DNA of 50,093 nucleotides, the filler included, from Stramenopiles sp. TOSAG23-3 (Eukaryota), in the NCBI GenBank assembly GCA_900128585.1. It is 4 parts of 4 records of this genome, joined end to end, with 100 filler letters (N's around TTAATTAATTAA, not from the genome) between each part and the next. Parts side by side here need not be neighbours in the genome. Positions count along the whole stretch, not along the records: positions 23,002 to 45,893 come from LT642323.1; positions 45,994 to 47,994 come from LT645161.1; positions 48,095 to 50,093 come from LT645162.1; 1 more part is not named here. One strand, written 5' to 3'. Both the position numbers and the translations under genes were made by a program. Below, in pieces: positions 41,031-50,093 of the stretch (its first letter is position 1; the number at the start of each line of letters is the position of its first letter). The notes under the pieces were generated by a model. The model searched no databases. It saw only the letters and a list, made by a program, of their open reading frames with translations, and had not been told where the DNA came from.

Positions 41031-41401
41031 ATGCGGAAAGAAGCTTCTTGTGCTGCTGGCACAATGCTTTGCATTCATCTTACACACACACATATGCAAT
41101 CGTCAAGTGCAAGTGCGTGAGATCAAAAAACAATTTTTTTATTTTGAGGCTTTACATATAAAGTAATCTATAAAGAACGTACCGGTACATAGTAATCGAT
41201 CTAAAAGAGAGTAGGGTATCTTATCTTATTATTAAAATCATACATACAATTAAAATAAAATACGTGGTGTGGTGGTATTCCGTATTCCGTATTCCGTCTG
41301 TATTCTATGATACTATTAATACACCACTGATGTTGTTGTTATTATAATAATATAATAATAGCTTATATATTTTAATATTATTATATTATTTATATAACGG
41401 C

Positions 41402-41437
41402 AATTTCATTTCATTTCATTTCATTTCATTTCATTTC
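41402..41437. repeat. (ATTTC)n microsatellite
   Basis: About seven tandem ATTTC units. Confidence 0.9.
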
Positions 41438-41539
41438 GATAGACTATTTCTAACAATATTTATTTATCACTCCTTATTTTTATTTCGTACATATTGATTA
41501 TTCAAAAAAACATTTCCTGGCTACTTGTCGCGGTTGAGA

Positions 41540-42835
41540 ATGGCAAGCCGCACATCTTATTATTCACAAAAATTGTACGCTGCCAGTTGCAACAACGATG
41601 TCGCTGAGGTGGAGGCTTTACTGCGTCAGGGTGCCGACGTGGACTACGTTGAGCCGGACTGGAAGACGACCCCATTGCATTGCGCCGCAATAAATGGGCA
41701 TAGAGAAATAGTCATACTTTTACTCCAGCGGGGCGCCAACCTGGAAGTCAAAGATGGGATGAATCTGACTCCAATGGAATGTTTGCGGAACAAAATTGAT
41801 GAGCACGACGAAACACCGGCTTTGCGTCACGTGCTGCCAAAACCCGTTTACATGAAACGAGAGTCACTTAAAAAAATGTTAAACTTTTTTCAAGAATACT
41901 GTTCGGAACCGAAGGTCACGAAGACACACCTTGATATAATTCACTCTGAGATAGACGCAAAAATTTGCTACGTGGGAATTTCTGCACACGCAACGCACCG
42001 ATTGAAGGACGTATGGGACTCTTCGGGTTCTTTGGAATGGCAAGTTCGGACTACAGAAGTTGGCGCATTCTTCGAGGAAACTTCGACGTCCCCACATTTG
42101 TGGAACGTAACTTTGGAAGACAAAAGCAATCGCGACACAAACCCAGACTATAAGAAATCATTAGAAAAACCCAAGGTTAATCAAGCAAAAATGATCTACC
42201 CTCGGGGCAGGCGCTGTTTGAAGGAGGGGTACTTGGAGGCAGGGTCTGCGTACAAAATGAGATGCCGGCTCAAGACGCTGGAAAATTACCAAGGAGATTT
42301 GAAGACGGAATGGTCCGCTTGGTCGGCCCCGATCACATTCCCCCACGCATCGTTCGTGCCTTTTCTGCGGCGAATGGCGTTGGAAAAATACGTTAGCAAT
42401 TTTGCAATGTTAGCCATTTACGAACCAAGGGATTTTTGTACGTACGATAAAGGAAAAATAGAAAAGGATTTTCGTTCATTCATGGACTTTAGAGAGCGGC
42501 GCCTTCTCCACTCCAGCGTCCAAGGGTATAAGAAAGAAGTTCGCTACCGCCCGCCAAAACATTTGGTCGAGCAATGCGATGAAGTGCATTGGAGCGAAAA
42601 CGTCTCTTTGCCGTTACGACAATTTCTAGAGTCCATCGGCCTTGGCCTTTACTTCGAGGACATGGTCATTTTCTGCGAGTCGATGGAGACCTTGCTTTAC
42701 GCCTACGATAGCCAAGAGGAGCTCATAGACGATTTGAAGGAAGTCCTTCCCGAGATGAAACCTGCCCACAGGAGAATTTTGTGGAAAAACATCAGAAAAA
42801 CCACTGCGTGGAAAAGGGCCTGTAAAGGACAATAG
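41540..42835 (+). CDS. Ankyrin + FN3-like + tandem SAM domain protein
   Basis: TTPLHCAAINGHREIVILLLQRGA; FN3-like LEAGSAYKMRCR...WSAWS; SAM-like FLRRMALEKYVSNF and LRQFLESIGLGLYF...MKPAHRRIL. ATG at 41540. Confidence 0.85.
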   Translation: MASRTSYYSQKLYAASCNNDVAEVEALLRQGADVDYVEPDWKTTPLHCAAINGHREIVILLLQRGANLEVKDGMNLTPMECLRNKIDEHDETPALRHVLPKPVYMKRESLKKMLNFFQEYCSEPKVTKTHLDIIHSEIDAKICYVGISAHATHRLKDVWDSSGSLEWQVRTTEVGAFFEETSTSPHLWNVTLEDKSNRDTNPDYKKSLEKPKVNQAKMIYPRGRRCLKEGYLEAGSAYKMRCRLKTLENYQGDLKTEWSAWSAPITFPHASFVPFLRRMALEKYVSNFAMLAIYEPRDFCTYDKGKIEKDFRSFMDFRERRLLHSSVQGYKKEVRYRPPKHLVEQCDEVHWSENVSLPLRQFLESIGLGLYFEDMVIFCESMETLLYAYDSQEELIDDLKEVLPEMKPAHRRILWKNIRKTTAWKRACKGQ

Positions 42836-42860
42836 TAATAAACCTTTAATTTTTTAAATT

Positions 42861-43310
42861 AAAAACTGGCTGTTATTTTAATATTAAAATTTATCTTCCT
42901 CGTGTACCGCGAAAATGAATCTGCTCCTTTTGTCCATTTAAAAGGTTTACGTTCCTTCATGTACTCGCTTACTACCAACTAACTAATCAATATACCCTGA
43001 TTTAAAATGAGAGTCTTAAAACATACTATGATATATAAATCAATATGCCCTTGTCACGTAGTCTTGACTATCATGCTCAGGTGTACTCCATGCGTGGTCC
43101 GAATCGGTAGGTCGATTTGTGTATTTGCGTCGAAAATTTTTAACAACAAAAAATTGGCTGTTGTTTAAGCATACTCTATAAAAAAAAACAAATTATATAT
43201 ATTTTAGTATGCTTTAAAACTCTCATTTTTTATAAAAAACAAATTATAAAAAACAAATTATATAGTTACTAGTCTAATTATATATACTTACATAATTTGT
43301 TTTTTAAAAA
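42861..43310 (+). repeat. Repeat nest: two TGGCTGTT element copies, shared core and 25-bp inverted repeats (MITE-like)
   Basis: Motif copies at 42861-42900 and about 43137-43170; core at 43049-43117; inverted repeat 43004-43028 / 43205-43229 (23/25); repeated AAAAACAAATTATA units. Confidence 0.75.
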
Positions 43311-43669
43311 AATAATAAGAGAGAATTGCAATTTTTATATCATAAATATGATATCATATGTGATACAAGTTAAACTTTGTATGAATACGTTAAGATACTT
43401 TCGTAAAGAAGTAAAAGATATGATATCATTATGTAAAAACAAATTATATATATGTTATTACAAAGTAGGAGTTTTTTACTTTTTTTTTAGAAAAAGCAAC
43501 ACTTCTGATTATAAAGAAATAATATAAAACGAGCGTACAATTTCGAAATTTTATTTACACACCACAAATGTTTGCACAGACCTTGAAGCAAACACCCCAA
43601 CATTTAAACTCGACGCCTCCTCTTGCTCGATGTCTATTCCTTCATCTCTCTGTAAAACCACGGCGCCCT

Positions 43670-45469
43670 TTACCACCTGTTATTTTCGCTTCTGGGCACG
43701 CCGTTTCTGCCTTCAACTCTTAGCCCGGGCATTCCCCTCAACCCCATCTTTCCGACCGTTTTCGCCAAAAGAGCGGGGGACTCTGGCAGCATAAGGCACC
43801 CCTTCGCGAACATGTTAGCGTGCTCAACTAGGAGATTCTTGTTCCACCTTAATCGTTTCAAATTGGAGTTGTAATACCCCAGCCAAGCCTGGTACCCCAT
43901 CGTGCAGGTTTTCGTCGGTAGGTTGTAGAGTGCCCCCGCTACGCTCGACTTCACGGTCTCCATCGCAGGTCCGGCGATGGCGGGCCGCATTTGCATCGGC
44001 TGGTCCCGGCATTCGTTCAAAAAGTGCCTTTCAAAGTCGGCAAGAAGAAGAATGCCGCAGCCGCCTTTGCCCGCGCGGGCCGTCCTCCCCAAGCGGTGAA
44101 TGTACTGGGCCTTGTCGCTTGGTATCCCTACTTGGATTACCATCGACACGTCTGGGTAGTCCATCCCGCGCGCAGTCACGTCACTTGTGAACATAATCAT
44201 GCCGTGCCCATTTCGAAACTTGGTAGAAACCTTGGTGCGGGCGCTTTGGGACTTTCTGGAATGAATTTCAAGAACATTTTCCCCCATCAAATTGAACAGC
44301 TCCGCGTTCAGTTGGGTCAAGCGCGCTGTGACGAAGAAAACAATAATTTTGTAGCCTGGAATTTTCTTTCCCTCTTCAACGGCATGCGCGAGCTGTATGA
44401 ACTGTTCGTCGAATTTGTAGACCGTTGCAAACTGGGGCACACGCTTGTGGGTTCCTTGGTCTTCCTCGCCGACGCAATCGACGTGCTTGAAGTCTGACCG
44501 CAACGCAAACTTGGACATGTTCAGAATATCCTTAGGCATGGTGGCAGAGAACAGCAACGTCTGCCTCTCGGCCTTTGGCGGTAGCATGTTCAGCATTCTG
44601 GTGATTTCAGGCCTGAACCCCATTTCAAGGAGCTGGTCGGCTTCGTCAAATATCAAACACCGAAGCCCACCGCCGCGAAGGGCACTCGCAAGACCGTTAT
44701 TTTCCAAATGATCGTTCAAGCGGCCTGGTGTCCCTACCAAAATGTCTGGAAAATTGAACTGGCGGAATCGGCGAAGGTCCGTTTTCACGTTCGTGCCACC
44801 GTAACAGCACTGCAGGGAGATCTTTAGGTAGGTCAAAAGTTGCTTCGCTTCCGCTTCGATCTGGCAGGCAAGCTCCCTGGTCGGCGATATGATAAGAACG
44901 GAAGTTTTCCCCTGGCGTGCTTGGAACGACACGGTTTCGTGGACCCGGTGAATCGCTGGAATCAGAAAGCCGAGCGTTTTCCCCGTGCCAGTTTTGGCCT
45001 TCACCAGGACGTCGCCACCGTCTACGGAGACGGGGATGGAGAGCTCTTGGCACTTCGTCATGACCTCGTAGCCGAGAACATTAGCAATGGCGTCTTTGAT
45101 GGGTTGACACACGGCCAACTGATCAAAGCGGGCGGAACCCATCGCAGCGCGAGTGGTAGAGCTTGTTCTGCTGTTTGGGTTATTCACCACCGGTGTCGGC
45201 TGACTTTGCGGGGCCCCCTGTTTCGTCTGGTTCCCGTTAGAGTCTCCCGCACCACCTTTGTTTCGGTTCTTGCGTCTGTTGCGTCTCTTTTTTGGCTTTG
45301 AATCACCTGCATTCTGCGGCGAACTTCGCTTCAGGCTTCCCCCTTCACCCGCACCACTCGAATTCGCCGCCCCACCTTTGTTTCGGTTCTTCCGCCTGTT
45401 GCGGCTCTTCTTTGGCTTGGACTCGCCGCCACCCGCGTTTCCGTTACTGTGATTAGCAAAACTACTCAT
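43670..45469 (-). CDS. DEAD-box RNA helicase, Mss116-like
   Basis: Q motif, AKTGTGKT, PTRELA, TPGRL, DEAD, SAT, ARGMD, HRLGRTAR, and the Mss116-type C-terminal YQAWLGYY extension. Confidence 0.93.
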   Translation of the reverse strand: MSSFANHSNGNAGGGESKPKKSRNRRKNRNKGGAANSSGAGEGGSLKRSSPQNAGDSKPKKRRNRRKNRNKGGAGDSNGNQTKQGAPQSQPTPVVNNPNSRTSSTTRAAMGSARFDQLAVCQPIKDAIANVLGYEVMTKCQELSIPVSVDGGDVLVKAKTGTGKTLGFLIPAIHRVHETVSFQARQGKTSVLIISPTRELACQIEAEAKQLLTYLKISLQCCYGGTNVKTDLRRFRQFNFPDILVGTPGRLNDHLENNGLASALRGGGLRCLIFDEADQLLEMGFRPEITRMLNMLPPKAERQTLLFSATMPKDILNMSKFALRSDFKHVDCVGEEDQGTHKRVPQFATVYKFDEQFIQLAHAVEEGKKIPGYKIIVFFVTARLTQLNAELFNLMGENVLEIHSRKSQSARTKVSTKFRNGHGMIMFTSDVTARGMDYPDVSMVIQVGIPSDKAQYIHRLGRTARAGKGGCGILLLADFERHFLNECRDQPMQMRPAIAGPAMETVKSSVAGALYNLPTKTCTMGYQAWLGYYNSNLKRLRWNKNLLVEHANMFAKGCLMLPESPALLAKTVGKMGLRGMPGLRVEGRNGVPRSENNRW

Positions 45470-45757
45470 CTCTATCGTTTCTCAGTAAGCGTCTGTATAT
45501 ATGTATGTATAAATATATCGAATGATTTCAGTTTGAATCCAAATTCACTTTTTAATTCTTCTACAATTTCTCCCTCAATTCCCTATTTCTTGTTGGATAA
45601 TCTTTTTTACACATCGATTAGTCTAGCAAACAAAACACAATTTTAATATACGAAATGAAGAGTGATGAGTGTGCGGTCATGTGGTCATCCATCATCACAA
45701 ACAAACAAAACACAATAATAAAAATGAAAAATAGAACTGAAATAGCACTGAGATCAG

Positions 45758-45812
45758 TTTCTTCTTCTTTTTACTTCTTTTTACTTCTTCTTCTTTCTTC
45801 TTCTACTTCTTC

Positions 45813-45844
<32 letters not shown>

Positions 45845-45893
45845 CTTCTTCTTTCTTCTTCTTCTTTTTCTTCTTCTTCTTCTTCTTTCTTCT
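45758..45893. repeat. (TTC)n microsatellite at contig end
   Basis: Imperfect TTC tract running into the gap. Confidence 0.92.
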
Positions 45894-45993
45894 NNNNNNN
45901 NNNNNNNNNNNNNNNNNNNNNNNNNNNNNNNNNNNNNTTAATTAATTAANNNNNNNNNNNNNNNNNNNNNNNNNNNNNNNNNNNNNNNNNNNN
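45894..45993. other. Artificial contig linker
   Basis: N44-TTAATTAATTAA-N44. Confidence 0.98.
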
Positions 45994-47567
45994 CAATCAA
46001 TCAATCCTGATAAACTCTTTGAAAAGAAGAAATCTAATAATGCGCTTCTTTCTTCTTCTTCTTCTTCTCTGGCGGTTCCCTCTCTGCCCTTTCTTAGCTG
46101 CACTCGCTCCAACGCCAGCTGCGTGCCCAGCAGTTTGCTTCGTCATTGTGTGAGCTGTGGAGTCGAAGCAACTTAAGTGCACATGCTTCCTCCTGGGGGA
46201 ACACCGTTCAAATCTTCTTAGTGTGCTTGCCCTTGTCTTTGAGAGCGTTTTTAGTGTAAATCGGGTTTTTTTTTCGAAAAGACAGGGATTGTTTACCACT
46301 TTCGAACATTCGAGTGCGCAATTTTCGTTTGTACATGGACGACGGTTTTTTGCTGGTCTTCTTCTTCTTCTTGGTTGTTGTTGTTGAATTTATTATCGCT
46401 TTGTTGCTGTTGTTTTTAATATAAAATTGTTATTTTTTTGAATATAATATATTATTCTTCGCGTTTTTTTATTATTATTCTTCTTTTTTTTATTTTCTTT
46501 CATTATATTTTTTTTCTTTTGTTGTGTTGTTAGATGTTGTAGATGAGAAGACAAGAAGAAAGAAGATGATGATGAAGAAGAAGAAGAACGATGATTGGTA
46601 TAATATAATATTCTAGATTATTCTGCTCCTCCTCCTGCGGCGTGCTACTTTTGTATAGAGTCTAATATATATACAAAAAAAGAACAAACAAGAAAGACAA
46701 CTAGTAGAAGCAGTGTGAATAATACTACTGTAGCAGAAGAGCACACCATAGCAAGAGCAGAAACACAGAAACACAGAAACACAGAAACACAGAAGAAGAA
46801 GAAGAAGAAGACAGACAAGACGGCAGTTTTTATTTTTTTTACGTTTTATTTAGTTTTAGTTTTAGATAAAATAATAAATTACTCAATACGAAAAGGTATA
46901 CTCAATTTGCTCAGTGTTTTTCCTGTTACAATAAAGTAATAAATTCCTATTAAATATATATATTGTACTTATGTGTTCTATATTGGTATAGTAAAATGTC
47001 ATTGTCTATTTATACTTAGTCCCCACGAAATCAAAGACGTTGGAGCTTTGGGAGGAAAAGGAAGAAAAGAGAAACACAAAAGCCGCCGTTGAACTCCTCT
47101 TTCTTTTTAATATTAGGGTATTGTGTCAAACATACATTTAATAGTATTATATTGTATCGTATAACCCTATTTATAACTCTATAAAATACATCGTTAATTT
47201 TCGTTAAATTTCCATTTTTCGCCTTGTGCTTCTTTCTTTTCTTGTTGTACTGTGCTATTGCTATGCTAACTCTGTAAGCGCAAAAACCCGTTTCCTCCTA
47301 AAAAGGGTCTTCAAACTAAATAAACTATTATATAAACTACCTTATTTATTATAATATAATAGACCTTGTTCAATATTCTTCTTTATATTAATTAAGGTCT
47401 TATATTATTAGAAAATTGTGGTGGTTTTGTTTTGGATGGGTTAAACCATTTGTTTCCTATCAACAATAAATAAATACAACAATTAGTAATATCTAATTAG
47501 TATCAGAACAAAACATCGTATGGATTAAATTACTGAAGTATAAGTATAAGTATAAGTAAAAGTAAAA

Positions 47568-47629
<62 letters not shown>

Positions 47630-47994
47630 AAAAAAAGAGAGAAAGAAAGAGAAAAAAAGAGAGAAAGAAAGAAAGAAAGAAAGAAAGAAGAAAGAGAAAA
47701 AAGAAAGAAGGGTTCTATAATACAAATAATAATTTTAACTATACTTAAACACTTAGCAATAGTATTTAATTCCAACGAAGTACCTATTGGATTATCGTTG
47801 TAGTCTTTAGATAGTAGTAAATGCAAATAAGTAAGATTTAAAATATTGTTGAAATTGTAATAAAATAATAAAATAATGAAAAGAAGAAGAAGAAGAAGAG
47901 GAAGATGAACCACCACCAGAGAAGAAGAAGAAGAAGAAAGAAGCGCATTATTAGATTTCTTCTTTTCAAAGAGTTTATCAGGATTGATTGATTG
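45994..47994. repeat. 2001-bp contig bounded by perfect 79-bp inverted repeats
   Basis: 45994-46072 is the exact reverse complement of 47916-47994. Confidence 0.93.
47537..47710. repeat. (AAGTAT)n followed by (AAAG)n simple repeats
   Basis: Visible tandem units. Confidence 0.9.
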
Positions 47995-48094
47995 NNNNNN
48001 NNNNNNNNNNNNNNNNNNNNNNNNNNNNNNNNNNNNNNTTAATTAATTAANNNNNNNNNNNNNNNNNNNNNNNNNNNNNNNNNNNNNNNNNNNN
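47995..48094. other. Artificial contig linker
   Basis: N44-TTAATTAATTAA-N44. Confidence 0.98.
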
Positions 48095-48397
48095 TGCTTT
48101 ATTATATTAATATTATAATAACAACAACAACAAACAAGCACAAAAAAAAACAATTATAATAATACTAAATACAGTAATAATCTCCTCCCCATCATCATCA
48201 TCATATTCTCATCATCATTTTATATACACACCGCCGCCAAGCGCAACTGGTTCACCATCAGACGGTACAACCTTTCAACCTCCTGCTCGACGTTGAAGCA
48301 CCGGTGGCTGTTCTTTTTGTGGCTCCGCAATACTGTTCGGAAACTGCAATGTTCATACATTGCACGTGATCAACTTAGGAGCATATAGTATATAAGG

Positions 48398-49765
48398 ATG
48401 CAACTTCTCCTGCGTGTGTTTGTGTGCATTGTCTTGCTCGAACGTGTTGCGCCCGTGAACGTGGCGATTCGAAACACTCAGAAACTTGGGGGGAATTCTA
48501 AGGTCGATGCACACGACGGCCCCATCGTCCGATGGTCGGATGATGGTCCGTTTTACCGTTATGCAATGTCGTACACGCGTTGCCAGCTGGACGGGGACGC
48601 TGGAAGCGTAATTCGAGGCCTCTTTCGTCGGTCTGTAAATAGGTTCATCGAGTTCGCTCACAAAACGGGCCACGATTGCGGGCAAATTACGGGGCTTCTG
48701 CCGGGCATGTCTGATGGGTTTGGGGAAGATTGTGGGTTCAAATCGCCTTCAAACGGTCAAACCGTCAAAATTTACAAGAGCAACGATTTGAATTCGTGGG
48801 AGTTCGTAGGGGATGCCTTCGAAAATGGCCCAAAGTGGTTGTTGGACGACTCGATTATTTTTCGACCTGCAATAGTGTACAACAAGGAAACGGCAAAGTA
48901 TGTTCTGTGGGTGAATCGATTGCCCCGCCGGGAGGGACCCGTCGTGAACGCGTACGTGGAAGCAGGCTTTGCGGTTGGGACGTCGGAGTCCGCAGAAGGA
49001 CCTTTCGTGTTTCCCGATGACGAAAATGAAGCCATGCCGAAAATGGTACACGCAGGGGGAGCAGATTTTTCACTTTTGCAGGACGAAGAATCGGGCGAGG
49101 CCTACATCGCTTACGGTGCGTGGCATAATTTCAAAATAAGCAGCGGTTGGCGCTCCAGGCATTACCCAGACTGGATGAAGGAGGGGCACCAGATAGCCAT
49201 CCAGAGGCTCGACCCCACCTCTTTTACCAAACCGGCATCGCCGGAGAAAGCGGTTACCGTAACAAATGAAAGTCAAGAAGCGCCATCGTTTTTTAAACGA
49301 GGGCAGTACTACTATTTGGTCCATGGAAATTTATGTTGTTTCTGCGAGCGGGGGTCCGACGCCAAAGTGCTTGTGAGCAAAGACCCGATGGGGCCTTTTG
49401 TTAATGTAGGCAATTTGAATGTTTTTGGGAGTAAAACCCATGTCAAAGTTCAGAGCAGTGATGTGTTCGAGGTAAAGGAACACTCGAGTGGAACAGTGAC
49501 GTATATTTGGTCGGGGGACCAGTGGTTCTCCTCCAAAAGCCGTTTGAAGGGAGAGGACTACCAGTACTGGCACCCGCTTGTGTTCAAGTCGCGGAGAATC
49601 GAAGCGCTAGGCGAAGACGTGCCTGTCCCCGAGAGACTGCACGGCAACGCATTCTTGGACTGTTTCGAGGTAGACCTGGATCTTGGAACCAACCGGGCGG
49701 GAAGCACGTGCGATGCGCCTGCTGGAAACCAGGCCGGAGAGGCCGGGGACAAGCAGGAGTTGTAG
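48398..49765 (+). CDS. Glycoside hydrolase family 43 (GH43_24-like five-bladed propeller) with C-terminal KQEL
   Basis: Signal peptide, DAHDG, YKSNDLNSWEF, RP.IVYNKETAKYVLW, EAPSFFKRGQYYY and YIWSGDQW...YW.PL.F. Confidence 0.88.
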   Translation: MQLLLRVFVCIVLLERVAPVNVAIRNTQKLGGNSKVDAHDGPIVRWSDDGPFYRYAMSYTRCQLDGDAGSVIRGLFRRSVNRFIEFAHKTGHDCGQITGLLPGMSDGFGEDCGFKSPSNGQTVKIYKSNDLNSWEFVGDAFENGPKWLLDDSIIFRPAIVYNKETAKYVLWVNRLPRREGPVVNAYVEAGFAVGTSESAEGPFVFPDDENEAMPKMVHAGGADFSLLQDEESGEAYIAYGAWHNFKISSGWRSRHYPDWMKEGHQIAIQRLDPTSFTKPASPEKAVTVTNESQEAPSFFKRGQYYYLVHGNLCCFCERGSDAKVLVSKDPMGPFVNVGNLNVFGSKTHVKVQSSDVFEVKEHSSGTVTYIWSGDQWFSSKSRLKGEDYQYWHPLVFKSRRIEALGEDVPVPERLHGNAFLDCFEVDLDLGTNRAGSTCDAPAGNQAGEAGDKQEL

Positions 49766-49969
49766 TTTATAAAGAGACACACGAGGACAAAAATACAACA
49801 TCCAGAGTAACTACACCACGCATTTTGTTTTCTAATCTTACCTCTACATTATCAAATCAAAACCTTAAGTGGTTTAACATCAAATTAACACATTTACTTA
49901 CAGTTTAGAAAACAACTAACAAATTTAGATAAACTGAATAAGTTTTTTTTTGTTTTAAATCTTTACACG

Positions 49970-50093
49970 CTATTTTTTGCAACAATGCAATCCACGCATA
50001 AAGTCCCTTGTGCTTGGCACCAACAGGCTTTGCTTTGTGTGTTGGTACCAGTTGCCATCTCCGTTCCTTTCCCCTGGCCAAGAAGCTTGAAAA
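49970..50093 (-). CDS. 3' end of an unidentified gene extending beyond the window
   Basis: Open frame FQASWPGERNGDGNWYQHTKQ...CCKK*, with a sharp switch to AT-rich sequence after the TAG. Confidence 0.4.
   Translation of the reverse strand, partial: FQASWPGERNGDGNWYQHTKQSLLVPSTRDFMRGLHCCKK

Overview
Gene-dense, intron-poor eukaryotic DNA with no prokaryotic signal. It probably comes from a heterotrophic flagellate such as a stramenopile; this is inferred from gene content and codon style. The window is four contigs joined by artificial 100-nt N44-TTAATTAATTAA-N44 linkers (22902-23001, 45894-45993, 47995-48094), so there is no synteny across the gaps. About 27 protein-coding genes are supported, including MsrB, OSTC, mitoribosomal mS33, an Mss116-like DEAD-box helicase, an RCC1-repeat protein, HECT E3 and CRAL-TRIO fragments, PAP2, GH28, GH43, GT25, ankyrin/SAM proteins, a multipass TM-LRR-LNR protein and CFAP97/TSNAXIP1-like candidates. 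I found no tRNA, rRNA, CRISPR array or transposase. The main observations are: (1) a dispersed AAAATTGGCTGTTATTTAA element family seen only between convergent gene ends, with two loci sharing a 69-bp core in which one copy has lost every CpG; (2) a predicted 24-nt micro-exon; (3) a single-base frameshift in an A8 run; (4) a head-to-head join of two 5'-truncated genes and a contig with perfect 79-bp terminal inverted repeats, both most likely amplification chimeras; (5) an insertion-riddled relic of a tandem duplicate; (6) several enzymes with altered catalytic motifs or unusual domain fusions. All family calls come from motif recognition by eye; no searches were run.
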